Shown: in pieces, positions 1 to 9,647 of the stretch
Layout: each line of letters starts with the position of its first letter
How positions within the stretch are numbered: the first letter of the stretch is position 1
From: a virus
Lineage: Duplodnaviria > Caudoviricetes
Virus record (IMG/VR): IMGVR_UViG_3300046526_000553
Coordinates: 79,779 to 143,778 of that record
Direction: 5' to 3' (one strand)
DNA: 64,000 nt
The notes under the pieces: generated by a model
Told to the model about the DNA's origin: nothing
The model's database searches: none
The model's input: only the letters and a program-made list of their open reading frames with translations
Translations under genes and position numbers: made by a program

Positions 1-675
1 TTTCTGGGGCTCTAAATCACCGCTTTTGAAAGCATTGGAGGTAGTTCCTGAAACTATGACATGCGTCATGATTACATAGGCTGTCTGTCCTGTTTGCTGC
101 CCATTACCATTATTTACCACCAAATTAGTGGTAGGAGCTCCAGTAATATGAGCAACGACCCAAGAACGGATAATCCCAGATTTACGCCATTGGTCATATT
201 CCCGTAATTCATCCTGTAGTTTCTGTTGATTATTGCTAAAAGCGGTTCTACCGCTGGAAATAGTATCTAAAATACGGCTGTATGAACTATTCAGTGTATC
301 AAGATTTGGATAAGCTTCATGTATAGCTGAGAATAATGACCCACCAGTTGGGTTTATGCTAGTAGGAGCGCCAGTTTTACCCTGATACCTCCCTGAAACA
401 GCATCTAACATTATTTTATCGAAACTAGCACTTTGAGCCTGTGTCACTCCAGCCTGTTCACGGGCTGTGGATAAAAAAGCGTCCAATCCAGCTTTCAAGC
501 TCTCATATTGCCGTGACAATTGTACCTCTCGCTGCACATCAGCCTTCTGGAGACCGTTTACATACGAGAACATAGAGATTATCAGGATTAGTATTAAAAG
601 TATCACAGAGATGCTTATAATAAGCCTCTTGGATAATTTAAATGTTGGCCTCGGTTCACTTTGCTCGTTTGGCAT
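1..675 (-). CDS. Membrane-anchored LemA-like phage protein, 3' end truncated by the window edge
   Basis: Not in the ORF track. Open frame from ATG at 675 (upstream AAAGGGAA) to position 1: MPNEQSEPRPTFKLSKRLIISISVILLILIISMFSYVNGLQK..., one N-terminal TM helix and an EAYPNL motif as in LemA-like proteins. Confidence 0.6.
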   Translation of the reverse strand, partial: MPNEQSEPRPTFKLSKRLIISISVILLILILIISMFSYVNGLQKADVQREVQLSRQYESLKAGLDAFLSTAREQAGVTQAQSASFDKIMLDAVSGRYQGKTGAPTSINPTGGSLFSAIHEAYPNLDTLNSSYSRILDTISSGRTAFSNNQQKLQDELREYDQWRKSGIIRSWVVAHITGAPTTNLVVNNGNGQQTGQTAYVIMTHVIVSGTTSNAFKSGDLEPQK

Positions 676-893
676 TAGTTCCCTTTCAGTTGTTATGTTA
701 ATAACTGGGAGTATACACGAACACAATCAATAAAGCAAGCCTAGGATTTATTTATCTATTTTTCGGCGGGGGTCATGACCAATGTTCTATTCCCTAAGAT
801 AGCGATACCACTTTACTGGATGTCGCACTATGTACCAAGTAAAGTGCAGCTCTAATAAACTCTTACTACCATTCCTGCGTTCAATTTCAAATT

Positions 894-1106
894 TCATACC
901 GCTGGTAATTCTTCTTTGGTATCAGGTAGGTTATCATATACCACCCTGTATCTCTTATCTCCACAGAAAGAACATCCTAAAGGTTTTCCATCTGAACCAA
1001 CCATTTGTGCAGGAGTAATTCTTCGTTTCGGATTAGTTATATCAACAACCACACTTATTATTGCTCCACAGCCTAAACATTCGTAATGTTTTTGTAATTC
1101 ATTCAC
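894..1106 (-). CDS. Small Zn-ribbon protein (CxxC...CxxC)
   Basis: CLGC and CSFC motifs. Confidence 0.55.
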   Translation of the reverse strand: MNELQKHYECLGCGAIISVVVDITNPKRRITPAQMVGSDGKPLGCSFCGDKRYRVVYDNLPDTKEELPAV

Positions 1107-1149
1107 AATTTAATTGTACAATGAGGCTTAGCTATACACAATCTAGGTA

Positions 1150-1178
1150 TTGCATATTTAATTATGTTGGTGTATAGT
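1150..1178 (+). promoter_or_regulatory. Sigma70-type promoter with GTTGGTG box
   Basis: TTGCAT-17 bp-TATAGT; spacer ends in gttggtg. Confidence 0.7.
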
Positions 1179-1185
1179 GCTAGGC

Positions 1186-1383
1186 ATGAACAAGAAGCAA
1201 TACGAAGAATCCCGAGCATTAATTGATGAAGCAGATTCTATCTATGGAGACTTACCGGATGGTGCTTACTGGGCAGCATGTGAAGAATTCGGCGCGGATA
1301 TGTATTTACAGATTGAGGTGGATGAATATGAGACAGCTCATCATTTGGGTGTGCACAATAAGGATAAGGAGAAAACGGAATGA
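1186..1383 (+). CDS. Hypothetical protein, probably leaderless (ATG 1186)
   Basis: ATG lies 7 nt after the -10 box. Confidence 0.6.
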   Translation: MNKKQYEESRALIDEADSIYGDLPDGAYWAACEEFGADMYLQIEVDEYETAHHLGVHNKDKEKTE

Positions 1384-1524
1384 GTAAAGAGATAAGTATA
1401 CCTTATAAAATGGGTAGAGATGATTTTAAACGGGTAGCAGATAGAAAGACAGTTACACAGGTTTACAACGCTAGAATATATCTAGCAATAAAACGATCTA
1501 ATGTTTTAGCGAAAAGGCTGCGTA

Positions 1525-1863
1525 ATGACTAACCCACACGAACCAACAGAAGAACCGATACATACAATAACAATAGACGGCAAGCAATTTGAACTAGTAA
1601 GTAATCTGAATGATGAAGTCGTAATCCTCAAACCCCTACCCAAACAACCCGAAGAAGAAAAGAAGCAATCATATTGGACATACATTGAATCGTATGCGGG
1701 TAATGTTTTACGAGTAGAATCTGCATGGACTCCAAGTCAAGCCCAACTAGCCGCTGATGCTGTACGGGAATTGCTGAAATATATACAGGGCGACGAAAAA
1801 CATTGGGATAAGGCTCATGCAGTAGTAATTAAAGCCCGTGACGCCCTAAAGGATTCAGAATGA
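1525..1863 (+). CDS. Hypothetical phage protein
   Basis: Part of a chain of overlapping ORFs. Confidence 0.65.
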   Translation: MTNPHEPTEEPIHTITIDGKQFELVSNLNDEVVILKPLPKQPEEEKKQSYWTYIESYAGNVLRVESAWTPSQAQLAADAVRELLKYIQGDEKHWDKAHAVVIKARDALKDSE

Positions 1864-2051
1864 GCAAATACAGCATTATCCGTGAACAAGATGACCCATT
1901 AGCATTGCGGTTGTCTATCGGTAGCCCGCATGGATTCGATACTAAAACCAATGGTTACATCGTCTACAGGGGCGATACTAAAGCTTGTATCGATTTGCTT
2001 GAGAATGCACTGGAAAAATTCAAACAATACTATGAAGAACAAGGAGAATAA
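1860..2051 (+). CDS. Hypothetical phage protein
   Basis: ATGA overlap with the upstream ORF. Confidence 0.6.
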   Translation: MSKYSIIREQDDPLALRLSIGSPHGFDTKTNGYIVYRGDTKACIDLLENALEKFKQYYEEQGE

Positions 2052-2052
2052 T

Positions 2053-2367
2053 ATGAGCAAATTTAAACATACTTTCGATGACAGCACTCAAGAATCCTTC
2101 GAGGCTAATGGAGTAAGTGGCTGGCGACCTGCAATTGCAATGCCATACTTTGTCGGCTTCGGTCTAAAAAAGAGTAAGTGCAGATGTGGTCGAGTATTTA
2201 AAACTGAGGAAGATTTTAAAGCTCATTACATTTATAGGGCAGTTTGGGAAAATGAAAGCGGATGGATTCCTAAAATACTTGCAGATGCCCAAAGAGCTGG
2301 TCGATTAGCTAATGAGCTTGAATCTTACGCCATCACCAATGAAGAAAAGGGGGAAAATCGTGCGTGA
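2053..2367 (+). CDS. Hypothetical phage protein (start revised to ATG 2053)
   Basis: AAGGAG RBS upstream of 2053. Confidence 0.6.
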   Translation: MSKFKHTFDDSTQESFEANGVSGWRPAIAMPYFVGFGLKKSKCRCGRVFKTEEDFKAHYIYRAVWENESGWIPKILADAQRAGRLANELESYAITNEEKGENRA

Positions 2368-2767
2368 TATTAAATTTAGAGCGTGGCATGTCAGTACTGG
2401 GAAAATGGAATATAACCCACTTACGATTCCCGGTTTACATGAAAGTGACGAGCGAATCAATAATTTCTTTACATCGACAGCCAATAGATTCCAACACCTC
2501 ATGCAATACACCGGCCGCAAAACCATTGACGATAAAGAAGTATACGACGGTGACATCCTTTGCTTTTTTGATAATCACGATACGAAATATATTGTTAAAT
2601 GGGACGAAGATGAAGGTGCTTGGGGCATATTTTACCGAGAAAATGTTAATGCCTTCAAAATTGGTATGAGTAGGTCCATGGAAGTTGCAGGTAATATTTA
2701 CGATGACCCAGAGCTTGTTTCACCCCCCGACACCAACCAAGCCAATGAAGAAAAGGGGGAAGTATGA
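2360..2767 (+). CDS. YopX family protein
   Basis: RDIKFRAW...LMQYTG...EVYDGDI...EVAGNIYDDPEL signature; GTG start at 2360. Confidence 0.9.
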   Translation: MRDIKFRAWHVSTGKMEYNPLTIPGLHESDERINNFFTSTANRFQHLMQYTGRKTIDDKEVYDGDILCFFDNHDTKYIVKWDEDEGAWGIFYRENVNAFKIGMSRSMEVAGNIYDDPELVSPPDTNQANEEKGEV

Positions 2768-3015
2768 ATAATTTAGAACTAGACAAAAAATTAGATATTA
2801 TTCTTACGACAGTGCATAGCCTTGTGAATACTGAAAGTTTGAAGCAGGACTTAAAATGGCTGGTAAAGACTGAACGTATTGACGAAAATCTAGCTTGTCA
2901 ACAAATCATGGCTACAAACTGGAAAACAAGCGAAATGATTGAAGCTGCTAGTAAACGTCAAAAAGAACTTGAAGCCGTTTCACCCCCCGACACCATACGA
3001 GGTACACATGAGTAA
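2764..3015 (+). CDS. Hypothetical phage protein
   Basis: Overlapping start/stop; shares the VSPPDT tail with YopX. Confidence 0.6.
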   Translation: MNNLELDKKLDIILTTVHSLVNTESLKQDLKWLVKTERIDENLACQQIMATNWKTSEMIEAASKRQKELEAVSPPDTIRGTHE

Positions 3016-3220
3016 AGAAGTTACACAAAAACTGCCAGTAGCCGTAACCGTCAAGCCAGTACTTAGCATGGTTCGAGCGCACATAGAAGATAGACCTCTC
3101 GAATTCAAAAAGTATGCGATTGAAGTTGCTAGAGAGCTTGAACTGAACGGCGAACAAGAGCTGGCAGACTATATCTACGCTCAATATCATATGATACGAA
3201 CATTTGAGGTAACAGATTGA
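3008..3220 (+). CDS. Hypothetical phage protein
   Basis: GAGGT RBS before ATG 3008. Confidence 0.6.
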   Translation: MSKEVTQKLPVAVTVKPVLSMVRAHIEDRPLEFKKYAIEVARELELNGEQELADYIYAQYHMIRTFEVTD

Positions 3221-3362
3221 TGAAAGGTATGCGCTTACGACTGACCTATAATGAGCGAATATACCTGCTTCGACTAATAGGCGAAGATACTAAATTACAA
3301 CAGGCATTAGTCTCAAAATCAATTCTCAATCTTATCAGTAAATTAACCGAGGATAACAAGTC

Positions 3363-3722
3363 ATGACCAATCCCATCCCCCAATCCGACCAAGAATTACG
3401 AAGAAAACTGGAAAAGATGCAGTTCGCTCGCCGTGTTATTGATACGAAGTTAAACTCCAAAGGCGACGTTGTATCTGCTGACCGAGTTGAATATATACCC
3501 ATGTCTGATGAATTACTCGACCAAATCCTACAGCTCATCCACTCCGCCATCACAGAAGCCAAGCGGGAGATGGTGGAACGTTTCGATAGGATTATCGGGG
3601 AATATGACCCTTCAAGTACTGGCGACTCTGACCAAGATTATGCTAACTATATCGGTAATAGATTTAGACAACAGCAGCGCCAAGCCCTAACCAAACTAAC
3701 CAACGAAATTGAGCAGTCATGA
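3363..3722 (+). CDS. Hypothetical mosaic protein (PQSDQ / AITEAKREMV / LTKLTNE boxes)
   Basis: Shares boxes with the ORFs at 3719 and 5249. Confidence 0.7.
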   Translation: MTNPIPQSDQELRRKLEKMQFARRVIDTKLNSKGDVVSADRVEYIPMSDELLDQILQLIHSAITEAKREMVERFDRIIGEYDPSSTGDSDQDYANYIGNRFRQQQRQALTKLTNEIEQS

Positions 3723-4132
3723 ATGACCAGGATTTACGGGAAAAACTCGCAGCTTTTGAACATGAGCGGTGGGCTAAATGGCAGAACTATTTACATTCAT
3801 TCCTTGTCTGGAATAACGATATTGAAGCATGGGTACTGTCACACGAAAAGAAAGACCATTGGCAAGGCTTAACCAGAACACCATTCAACATGCTCTCTGA
3901 AGAACAGAAACAATCTGACAGAAAAGAAGTTGACCAATACTGGCCATTGATTGAAAAATACATCGAAGCCGCCATCACAGAAGCCGAGCTGAAAGCACGA
4001 ATTAATGAGTTGCTTTATCTGACAAATCATGCTGACCCCTTGATTATGGATTTAGTATGGGTACAAAATCGTATCAAAGCCCTAACCAAACTAACCAATG
4101 AGGTTGCCGGAGAAAAGGAGTCGGGGAAATGA
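3719..4132 (+). CDS. Hypothetical mosaic protein
   Basis: LAAFEHERWAKWQ...LSEEQKQSDRKEVD motif; AITEA and LTKLTNE boxes. Confidence 0.7.
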   Translation: MNDQDLREKLAAFEHERWAKWQNYLHSFLVWNNDIEAWVLSHEKKDHWQGLTRTPFNMLSEEQKQSDRKEVDQYWPLIEKYIEAAITEAELKARINELLYLTNHADPLIMDLVWVQNRIKALTKLTNEVAGEKESGK

Positions 4133-4283
4133 ACAAACCGTTCCCAAAATATGAAAGCAGTTGTCACGGCGCGCCGGTACGATTCGTGCCGAATCAAAAG
4201 GTAAAATATTACTGCTCAGAGTGCGGTGAACCGTGTATTGCAGTACAGAAAAAGTCTGGTGATTCGGGGAGGGATGGGGCGGA

Positions 4284-4553
4284 ATGACAGAGGAATTTAA
4301 TTGGCCGAAAATGATAAAAATTGCGCGAGAAAGGTTAGGTGAAACGCAAACTAAATTCGCTCAACGGTTCGCCGTAACGCCTAATACGGTAAGCCGGTGG
4401 GAAACCGGCACATATAGCTTGTCTGTAGAAGCTATAGAATGGCTGCTTAGATATTCCAAACAAGAATTTTGTAAAGTATGTCCGAGATGCAATGGAATCG
4501 GTCTTATAAGTGAAAGCAATTCACCAGATAATTATGAAAGGAGTGTGTTGTGA
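4284..4553 (+). CDS. XRE-family HTH regulator with C-terminal CxxC
   Basis: ARERLGETQTKFAQRFAVTPNTVSRWETG. Confidence 0.85.
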   Translation: MTEEFNWPKMIKIARERLGETQTKFAQRFAVTPNTVSRWETGTYSLSVEAIEWLLRYSKQEFCKVCPRCNGIGLISESNSPDNYERSVL

Positions 4554-4814
4554 TTCATAGATTTATAGGACGGATTTTCTGCCACTTTCTAGGACATGTC
4601 TGGTGGGTTATAGGAACTAATGGAGTTGAACGTGAATTTTGTAAAAGATGTGAGAAAGGTTATGGAAGGAGTGTGTGATGAAAGCCTATACACCTGAAGA
4701 AATCAGTCTTATCAAAAAACAGCTAAATTTAGATAATATGCCCACTTGGATTGTATGGGCATTCATGGACGAAAAGGGCATAAGCAGTGAACAAGTATTA
4801 GAAAAGGCAAAGTT

Positions 4815-5075
4815 ATGAACCAGCCTGACACCCCCAAAACGCCAGAAGATGAACTGACCGAGATATTATTAGAATTTTTACCGGTGAAAGTCGTAGGGGT
4901 TGAAGACCAAGACGGCAAGACATGGCAGAAAGATGCCAATAAATTAAAACGTCAGCAACTATTTTTCAAACTGAAAGCCAGAGAGCAGCGGATTGCTACT
5001 GCTGCTAGGATTGATGAGCTTAATAGATTACGTCGTAATGCTACGATAATACTTAAAACTGAAATATACAGATGA
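4815..5075 (+). CDS. Hypothetical phage protein
   Basis: ARIDEL motif resembles ARINEL in the 3719 ORF. Confidence 0.55.
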   Translation: MNQPDTPKTPEDELTEILLEFLPVKVVGVEDQDGKTWQKDANKLKRQQLFFKLKAREQRIATAARIDELNRLRRNATIILKTEIYR

Positions 5076-5248
5076 AACGATATGACCGCAAATGATAAAC
5101 GCATAAAACACCTACAGGCTGCCCTGCAAGCCGTTGAAGCTTGGCGTGACAGCTTATTTGAAACTGATGCTGATGGAGACAGCTATTGCACAGACATAAA
5201 GACTGAACGTAAGTTACGGAGCATCAGGGATAGATTGAAGGCTATGTT

Positions 5249-5563
5249 ATGACTCCCCAATCCGACCAAGGAGAAATAAGCGCACAAATTGACGAGATGC
5301 TAGACGAATGGGGTTTCAGCAGTAAACCTGGCAGTCAAAAAGGACGTATGTATAGTTCCCGGTTTTATCATGTTGAATTGAAGAAACAAATCCTCCAGCT
5401 ATTCCAAATAGCCATCACAGAAGCCAAGCGGGAGATGGTGCCAAAAAGATATTTAGAAATACTTAATACTCCCGACCTAAAATTTGCTCAAGGCTGGAAC
5501 GCTTGTCGTAAAGATGTGCTAACCAAACTAACCAACGAAATTGCCAGAGAAAAGGAATCATGA
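5249..5563 (+). CDS. Hypothetical mosaic protein
   Basis: Shared boxes; GWNACR motif. Confidence 0.7.
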   Translation: MTPQSDQGEISAQIDEMLDEWGFSSKPGSQKGRMYSSRFYHVELKKQILQLFQIAITEAKREMVPKRYLEILNTPDLKFAQGWNACRKDVLTKLTNEIAREKES

Positions 5564-5787
5564 AAAAGACTTGGCAGCAATGGAGCGCTTTAGAAGCCTT
5601 TATAGTCTATATGACTTGTTTAGGTTGTATGTTTGTATTTAAGAGCTATAACGTGGTTTTCTTTAGCCTATTAGGTATTCAGATATTATCAGTATTATGG
5701 ATTTGGGTGTTATATTGTAAGTGGCCCAAAGGCGGTCAGCACATTGAGGAAGGGGAACCAAGGAGAATCAGATGGCAACAAAAGTAA
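5560..5787 (+). CDS. Small 2-TM membrane protein
   Basis: Two hydrophobic segments; AAGGA RBS. Confidence 0.6.
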   Translation: MKKTWQQWSALEAFIVYMTCLGCMFVFKSYNVVFFSLLGIQILSVLWIWVLYCKWPKGGQHIEEGEPRRIRWQQK

Positions 5788-5975
5788 CTAGCGAGGACGC
5801 AGACCAGTTATCCGGCGAGATTGATAACGAAGGTTTTGGGTATTGGATTCAGCACTACGGTACAGGAAGTTTGAATCCTTATCCTGAACTTGTAAAACTT
5901 GCCGATAAAGCCTGCACAGCCATGAATAAACTTGAAGAAGCATTGATTGATGCTGGTGTACCGCTGAATGAGTAA
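5772..5975 (+). CDS. Hypothetical phage protein
   Basis: AAGGAG RBS. Confidence 0.65.
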   Translation: MATKVTSEDADQLSGEIDNEGFGYWIQHYGTGSLNPYPELVKLADKACTAMNKLEEALIDAGVPLNE

Positions 5976-6180
5976 ACAAGCTATTAACCTTGCAAAAGGC
6001 GATTTCATTTGTGTTACTAACCTATACTACCGCTCGGCTGAAGCGGTGGCAGTTGATGTTAATAATTTAAATGAACTGATTGATGCTGGTCGCTTAGCTG
6101 AATTGCCGATTGATGAATTTGTCACATGGCAAAAAGAGCATGAGTTTTACGCCATTGCATATTTAGGAAGTGGAAAATGA
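5968..6180 (+). CDS. Hypothetical phage protein
   Basis: Continues the overlapping ORF chain. Confidence 0.55.
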   Translation: MSKQAINLAKGDFICVTNLYYRSAEAVAVDVNNLNELIDAGRLAELPIDEFVTWQKEHEFYAIAYLGSGK

Positions 6181-6192
6181 AGGCAAAATAAC

Positions 6193-6302
6193 ATGACTCC
6201 AAATGTAGTTAGTTTAAGATTATCGAAGCAGTTGTATGAACTTAGTAAGTGGAGTGATACCTATTTCTGGCATGCTAAGCTTTCAACTGGGGAATATAAA
6301 AT
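6193..6302 (+). pseudogene. Phage ORF (MTPNVVSLRLSKQLYELSKW...) interrupted by the IS left end
   Basis: Frame runs directly into the left TIR at 6303. Confidence 0.5.
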
Positions 6303-6350
6303 GGTACCTATATACTTTATCAACCCAAAGATTGAGTGATGTAGGCGCTA

Positions 6351-6650
6351 ATGATTTGGGATAAGCTACACCAGCGCTATAATAAGCGCGTGAAAGTATA
6401 TACCTTTGCTGAGCTGGCTCCTCAGATTCAAACCGCATTAAACGCCAAAGTGATGCAAGGGCTACTTGGTCGCGATACTGGGCTAACATTGATTGAAGGT
6501 TTTGTGTCTACACCGATTCAGGCAAACGTTGGTGGGAGTTACCAAATAGGTGGGCCTGCGGTGCCCATGGTAGCGGCAGTTGGTAATATAACAAACCAAG
6601 TGTATTATTTCCCCATCAAATTGCTTGTTCCATCGGTCGAATTACAATGA
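6351..6650 (+). CDS. IS passenger, hypothetical protein
   Basis: Inside the TIRs; overlaps the next ORF (ATGA). Confidence 0.65.
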   Translation: MIWDKLHQRYNKRVKVYTFAELAPQIQTALNAKVMQGLLGRDTGLTLIEGFVSTPIQANVGGSYQIGGPAVPMVAAVGNITNQVYYFPIKLLVPSVELQ

Positions 6651-7186
6651 GAGACTTTCTGAGAAGGTTGTTAACTACTGAACATAAGGTTGCGGAAGTT
6701 AAGCCAAGCGACATTGCTCATGCACCTTCTGGTGTGGCACCTTTGTCGTCGCCATCACCAAACAATCTTCCGACAGGTGCTTCGCCCAATTCAGCAAGTC
6801 CTAGCAGCGTAACATTGGGTGGTCAAAGCTTTACTGAAGGTAATGTCAAAATGGAAGATGTTAGAGATGTCGTTGATGAAGCCAAGAAGGATTTTATCAC
6901 GATTTTTGGAGTATTTGCGGCCTTACTAATATTCCTATCAATTGAAATCCAGGTATTCCAGCAAGCAAAGAGGTTTTCCTACATAATGGGCGTGAGCTTC
7001 TTCTTATTGTCAGCAATCCTAATGTTCGCACTAGCTATCCATTCGATGTTTAACAGTGATAAAAGGTACGGCTACTACTTACTGTTGTTGGGTCTTATCG
7101 TCATGCTCTTTCTTGCTTCGGCTGCCTGTTTCTTGTGGGGCGTTGAACATACGCTCGCATTCTGGAAGTTATTTAAGAAGAACTAG
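6647..7186 (+). CDS. IS passenger, 3-TM membrane protein
   Basis: DFITIFGVFAALLIFLSIEIQV followed by two more TM helices. Confidence 0.75.
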   Translation: MRDFLRRLLTTEHKVAEVKPSDIAHAPSGVAPLSSPSPNNLPTGASPNSASPSSVTLGGQSFTEGNVKMEDVRDVVDEAKKDFITIFGVFAALLIFLSIEIQVFQQAKRFSYIMGVSFFLLSAILMFALAIHSMFNSDKRYGYYLLLLGLIVMLFLASAACFLWGVEHTLAFWKLFKKN

Positions 7187-7422
7187 ATTTCTTCCGTTTC
7201 ACAATTTCTTCATTGCTAATCGGTGGAGTGTTAGCAAGAGCTTTGATAGCTTGTGCAAATTTGGGGTCTGATTTGGTAGATTTCTTGTTGACCATAGCTA
7301 AAACTCCGCAAAGTTATGAATCTTTAAGTAATGAGGCTATCGCTACGGCTTGCATAATAGTTTCCATACTATCTAAGCCAAGAGAAACTGCTTCATCGTC
7401 CATTAATTCATTTACCATACTA

Positions 7423-8040
7423 CTATTGTACCAAACTGACCTTTACCCCGTTTGAAGCCGCATTATCATGTAACATCGCGTACGACGGCGTAACTCCTTT
7501 TGGTACGTCAAACGCCACGGCACAATCCACCGATACGCCTGGATTTATAGTAGGTAGCTGTGCACACTGGCTGCTGCTCGGATTCGCTGCCGTGGAGCCA
7601 TCGTTATCCGCACTGTATTGTGTTCCATCCGCTGCATATACATATTGCGAAGAATCATCATAATCCTGTGATACGGTGCCAATATCCTTGATGGTCATCT
7701 TCATCACGCAAAATTGACCGTGGGCTGTAGCAGTTTCAAATTCATTGTCATTCTCAAGCTGCGTTTGCCCGCATTTGAAAGCGGTGATTGTAAAAGAAAA
7801 CTTGCCATCGTTGGCCGCTTGCCCGATTTTCGGAGTGCTGCTGGGTGCGGGCGCAGGAGTGCTGCTGTTTGAACTTGGGCTCTTACTGTCACTCGATTTG
7901 CTGCTGGCTACTGTGCTGCTTGGTGTATCGCTGCTGCTGGCAGCCGAGCCGATAATCCCGATTATCACGAACGCAATAACAACTGTTAAAATTTTGTGTC
8001 TTGCGAACCAGTTTTTATGCTTATCACCATGGTCTGGCAT
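7423..8040 (-). CDS. IS passenger, DUF4352-domain surface protein (Mpr-like)
   Basis: NWFARHKILT TM anchor, Ser/Pro linker, IGQAANDGKFSFTI...A.GQFC...INPG...AFDVP signature. Confidence 0.85.
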   Translation of the reverse strand: MPDHGDKHKNWFARHKILTVVIAFVIIGIIGSAASSSDTPSSTVASSKSSDSKSPSSNSSTPAPAPSSTPKIGQAANDGKFSFTITAFKCGQTQLENDNEFETATAHGQFCVMKMTIKDIGTVSQDYDDSSQYVYAADGTQYSADNDGSTAANPSSSQCAQLPTINPGVSVDCAVAFDVPKGVTPSYAMLHDNAASNGVKVSLVQ

Positions 8041-8573
8041 GGGGCGTCTCCTTTACCTTAGTTACTGCGAGGAGTTGCCCCTATTTAAAAAGCGACAACC
8101 CTCTAGATTGTCTAGACCAGCAGCAGATTCGCATCTACCGTTTTCGAGAGTTGCCGCATTTTGATGCGAATCTCTCTCGAAAGAGATAAAAAACCGCTGC
8201 TAATCTAGACCCCTAAATCATACACTACCGAAGGAGATTTTTACATAAGTTCTTGTCAGACGAACCTTGCTTGTGTAACAGTGGTAACAGGAGCTTCGTG
8301 CTTCTTGGCTTTGCGAAGGCCAATGTAGATACATCAATGACATCCGTGTTTCGGGTGGCGTAGTTATTCTTCGCAAAAGATGTATCTACTACTGCGCCTC
8401 CCAAGCCACGGATGTTTTTTAATTGGGGAAAGGAGGGAGCCTATTATGGAGCGTCCTAAAATACCCTACACGCCAAAACGTGTAGGGTTGTAGTCGAAAG
8501 GGAGCCGAGCCATCAGAAAGTTTAGCTCCCCTCTACTTTTATTCTAATGAAACGATGCAAGGTCTGGCGATAA

Positions 8574-9611
8574 CTAAAAAGGCGCTTCGCCATCACTCGG
8601 TAATGAGTTGCTCGGTTGTGCCGCAAATCCTGAAGCGAGCGCCAGCAGCAATGTTCCTTGTGATGGATTTAGCATCTGCTTCGGTCGCTTGGTGCCAGCG
8701 ATGAGGTTTTTATACAGTAAACGTCCGTTGCAATGGCTGAACCAATCGTTAAACTTTGCGCTGTCATCCATGCCACGGCGATTGAAACGGTAACAGAACT
8801 CCGCACAATATTTCTGCAAATGCTTTTTACTGACACCGACGTATATGGCTTGGATGCTTAATTTCAAATGCGCCCATGTACCTTCAAGCGAATTGATATG
8901 CGCTTCACCGCGTACGTATTCATGTTCTCCGTGATTTACGCGCATACCGATGTAGCCGAGCTTGTGTAGGGTGCGATACGGTCGGTATTCGTCTGTCATC
9001 ACTGTCGCACCCTTGGCGACATGAGACTGTATGAGCTGGTGCACAGTTGTGGCGGATGTGTCGGAAGTCGCCATCAACCGCAGATTGCCTTTACGCTCCA
9101 GTATTCCGACGACCGGCGCTTTGCTATATTGGCTCCCACGCCCTTGAGCGCCTTTGACGCGTTTGTTGTAGTGTTTGTTTGATTCTCGGCCCCCGATGTA
9201 AGATTCATCAATCTCAACGATATTGCCAAGCAGGTCTTTGTTACCTGAATTTTCAAATCCGTAACGGATTCTTTGCAGCATAAACCAACAACTTTTTTGC
9301 GTAATCTTAAGCTCTTTGGCGAGCTGTACGCTAGACACACCCTTTTTGAAGTTCATATTATAGCGAGCGGCGTAAAACCATTTGAGTAACGGTATGTGGC
9401 TGCCTTCAAATATGGTGCCGACAGTCACCGTGAATTGTTTGCGGCAGTCGGCGCATTTGTACAGATTGCCATTTTGGAACTTGTAGCTTCGCAGGCTACC
9501 ACAGTGAGGGCAGAAGCGATTCTTGCTATTCTCACCCCAGCGCTGTGATTCCAAAAACGCCACACATGATGCTTCGTCGGGAAATTGTTGTTGGAACTCG
9601 AATAAACTCAT
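8574..9611 (-). CDS. IS1595-family (ISXO2-like) DDE transposase
   Basis: Zn ribbon CPHC...CADC, VEIDESYIGG, VMTDEY, HINSLEGTW, HLQKYCAEFCYRFNRR. Confidence 0.95.
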   Translation of the reverse strand: MSLFEFQQQFPDEASCVAFLESQRWGENSKNRFCPHCGSLRSYKFQNGNLYKCADCRKQFTVTVGTIFEGSHIPLLKWFYAARYNMNFKKGVSSVQLAKELKITQKSCWFMLQRIRYGFENSGNKDLLGNIVEIDESYIGGRESNKHYNKRVKGAQGRGSQYSKAPVVGILERKGNLRLMATSDTSATTVHQLIQSHVAKGATVMTDEYRPYRTLHKLGYIGMRVNHGEHEYVRGEAHINSLEGTWAHLKLSIQAIYVGVSKKHLQKYCAEFCYRFNRRGMDDSAKFNDWFSHCNGRLLYKNLIAGTKRPKQMLNPSQGTLLLALASGFAAQPSNSLPSDGEAPF

Positions 9612-9618
9612 ACATTAC

Positions 9619-9647
9619 AGTGTACTCTCTGTTGTTGGGTTTGTCAA
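9619..9647 (-). promoter_or_regulatory. Transposase promoter, with -35 inside the right TIR
   Basis: TTGACA-17 bp-TACACT on the minus strand, 7 nt before the ATG. Confidence 0.7.

Noticed and set aside
7745-8164. Antisense ORFs over real genes (also 467-733, 27772-28110, 52142-52618, 62841-63116) and the alternate-frame ORF 62992-63411
   Set aside because: Shadow frames of better-supported CDSs; no RBS or motifs
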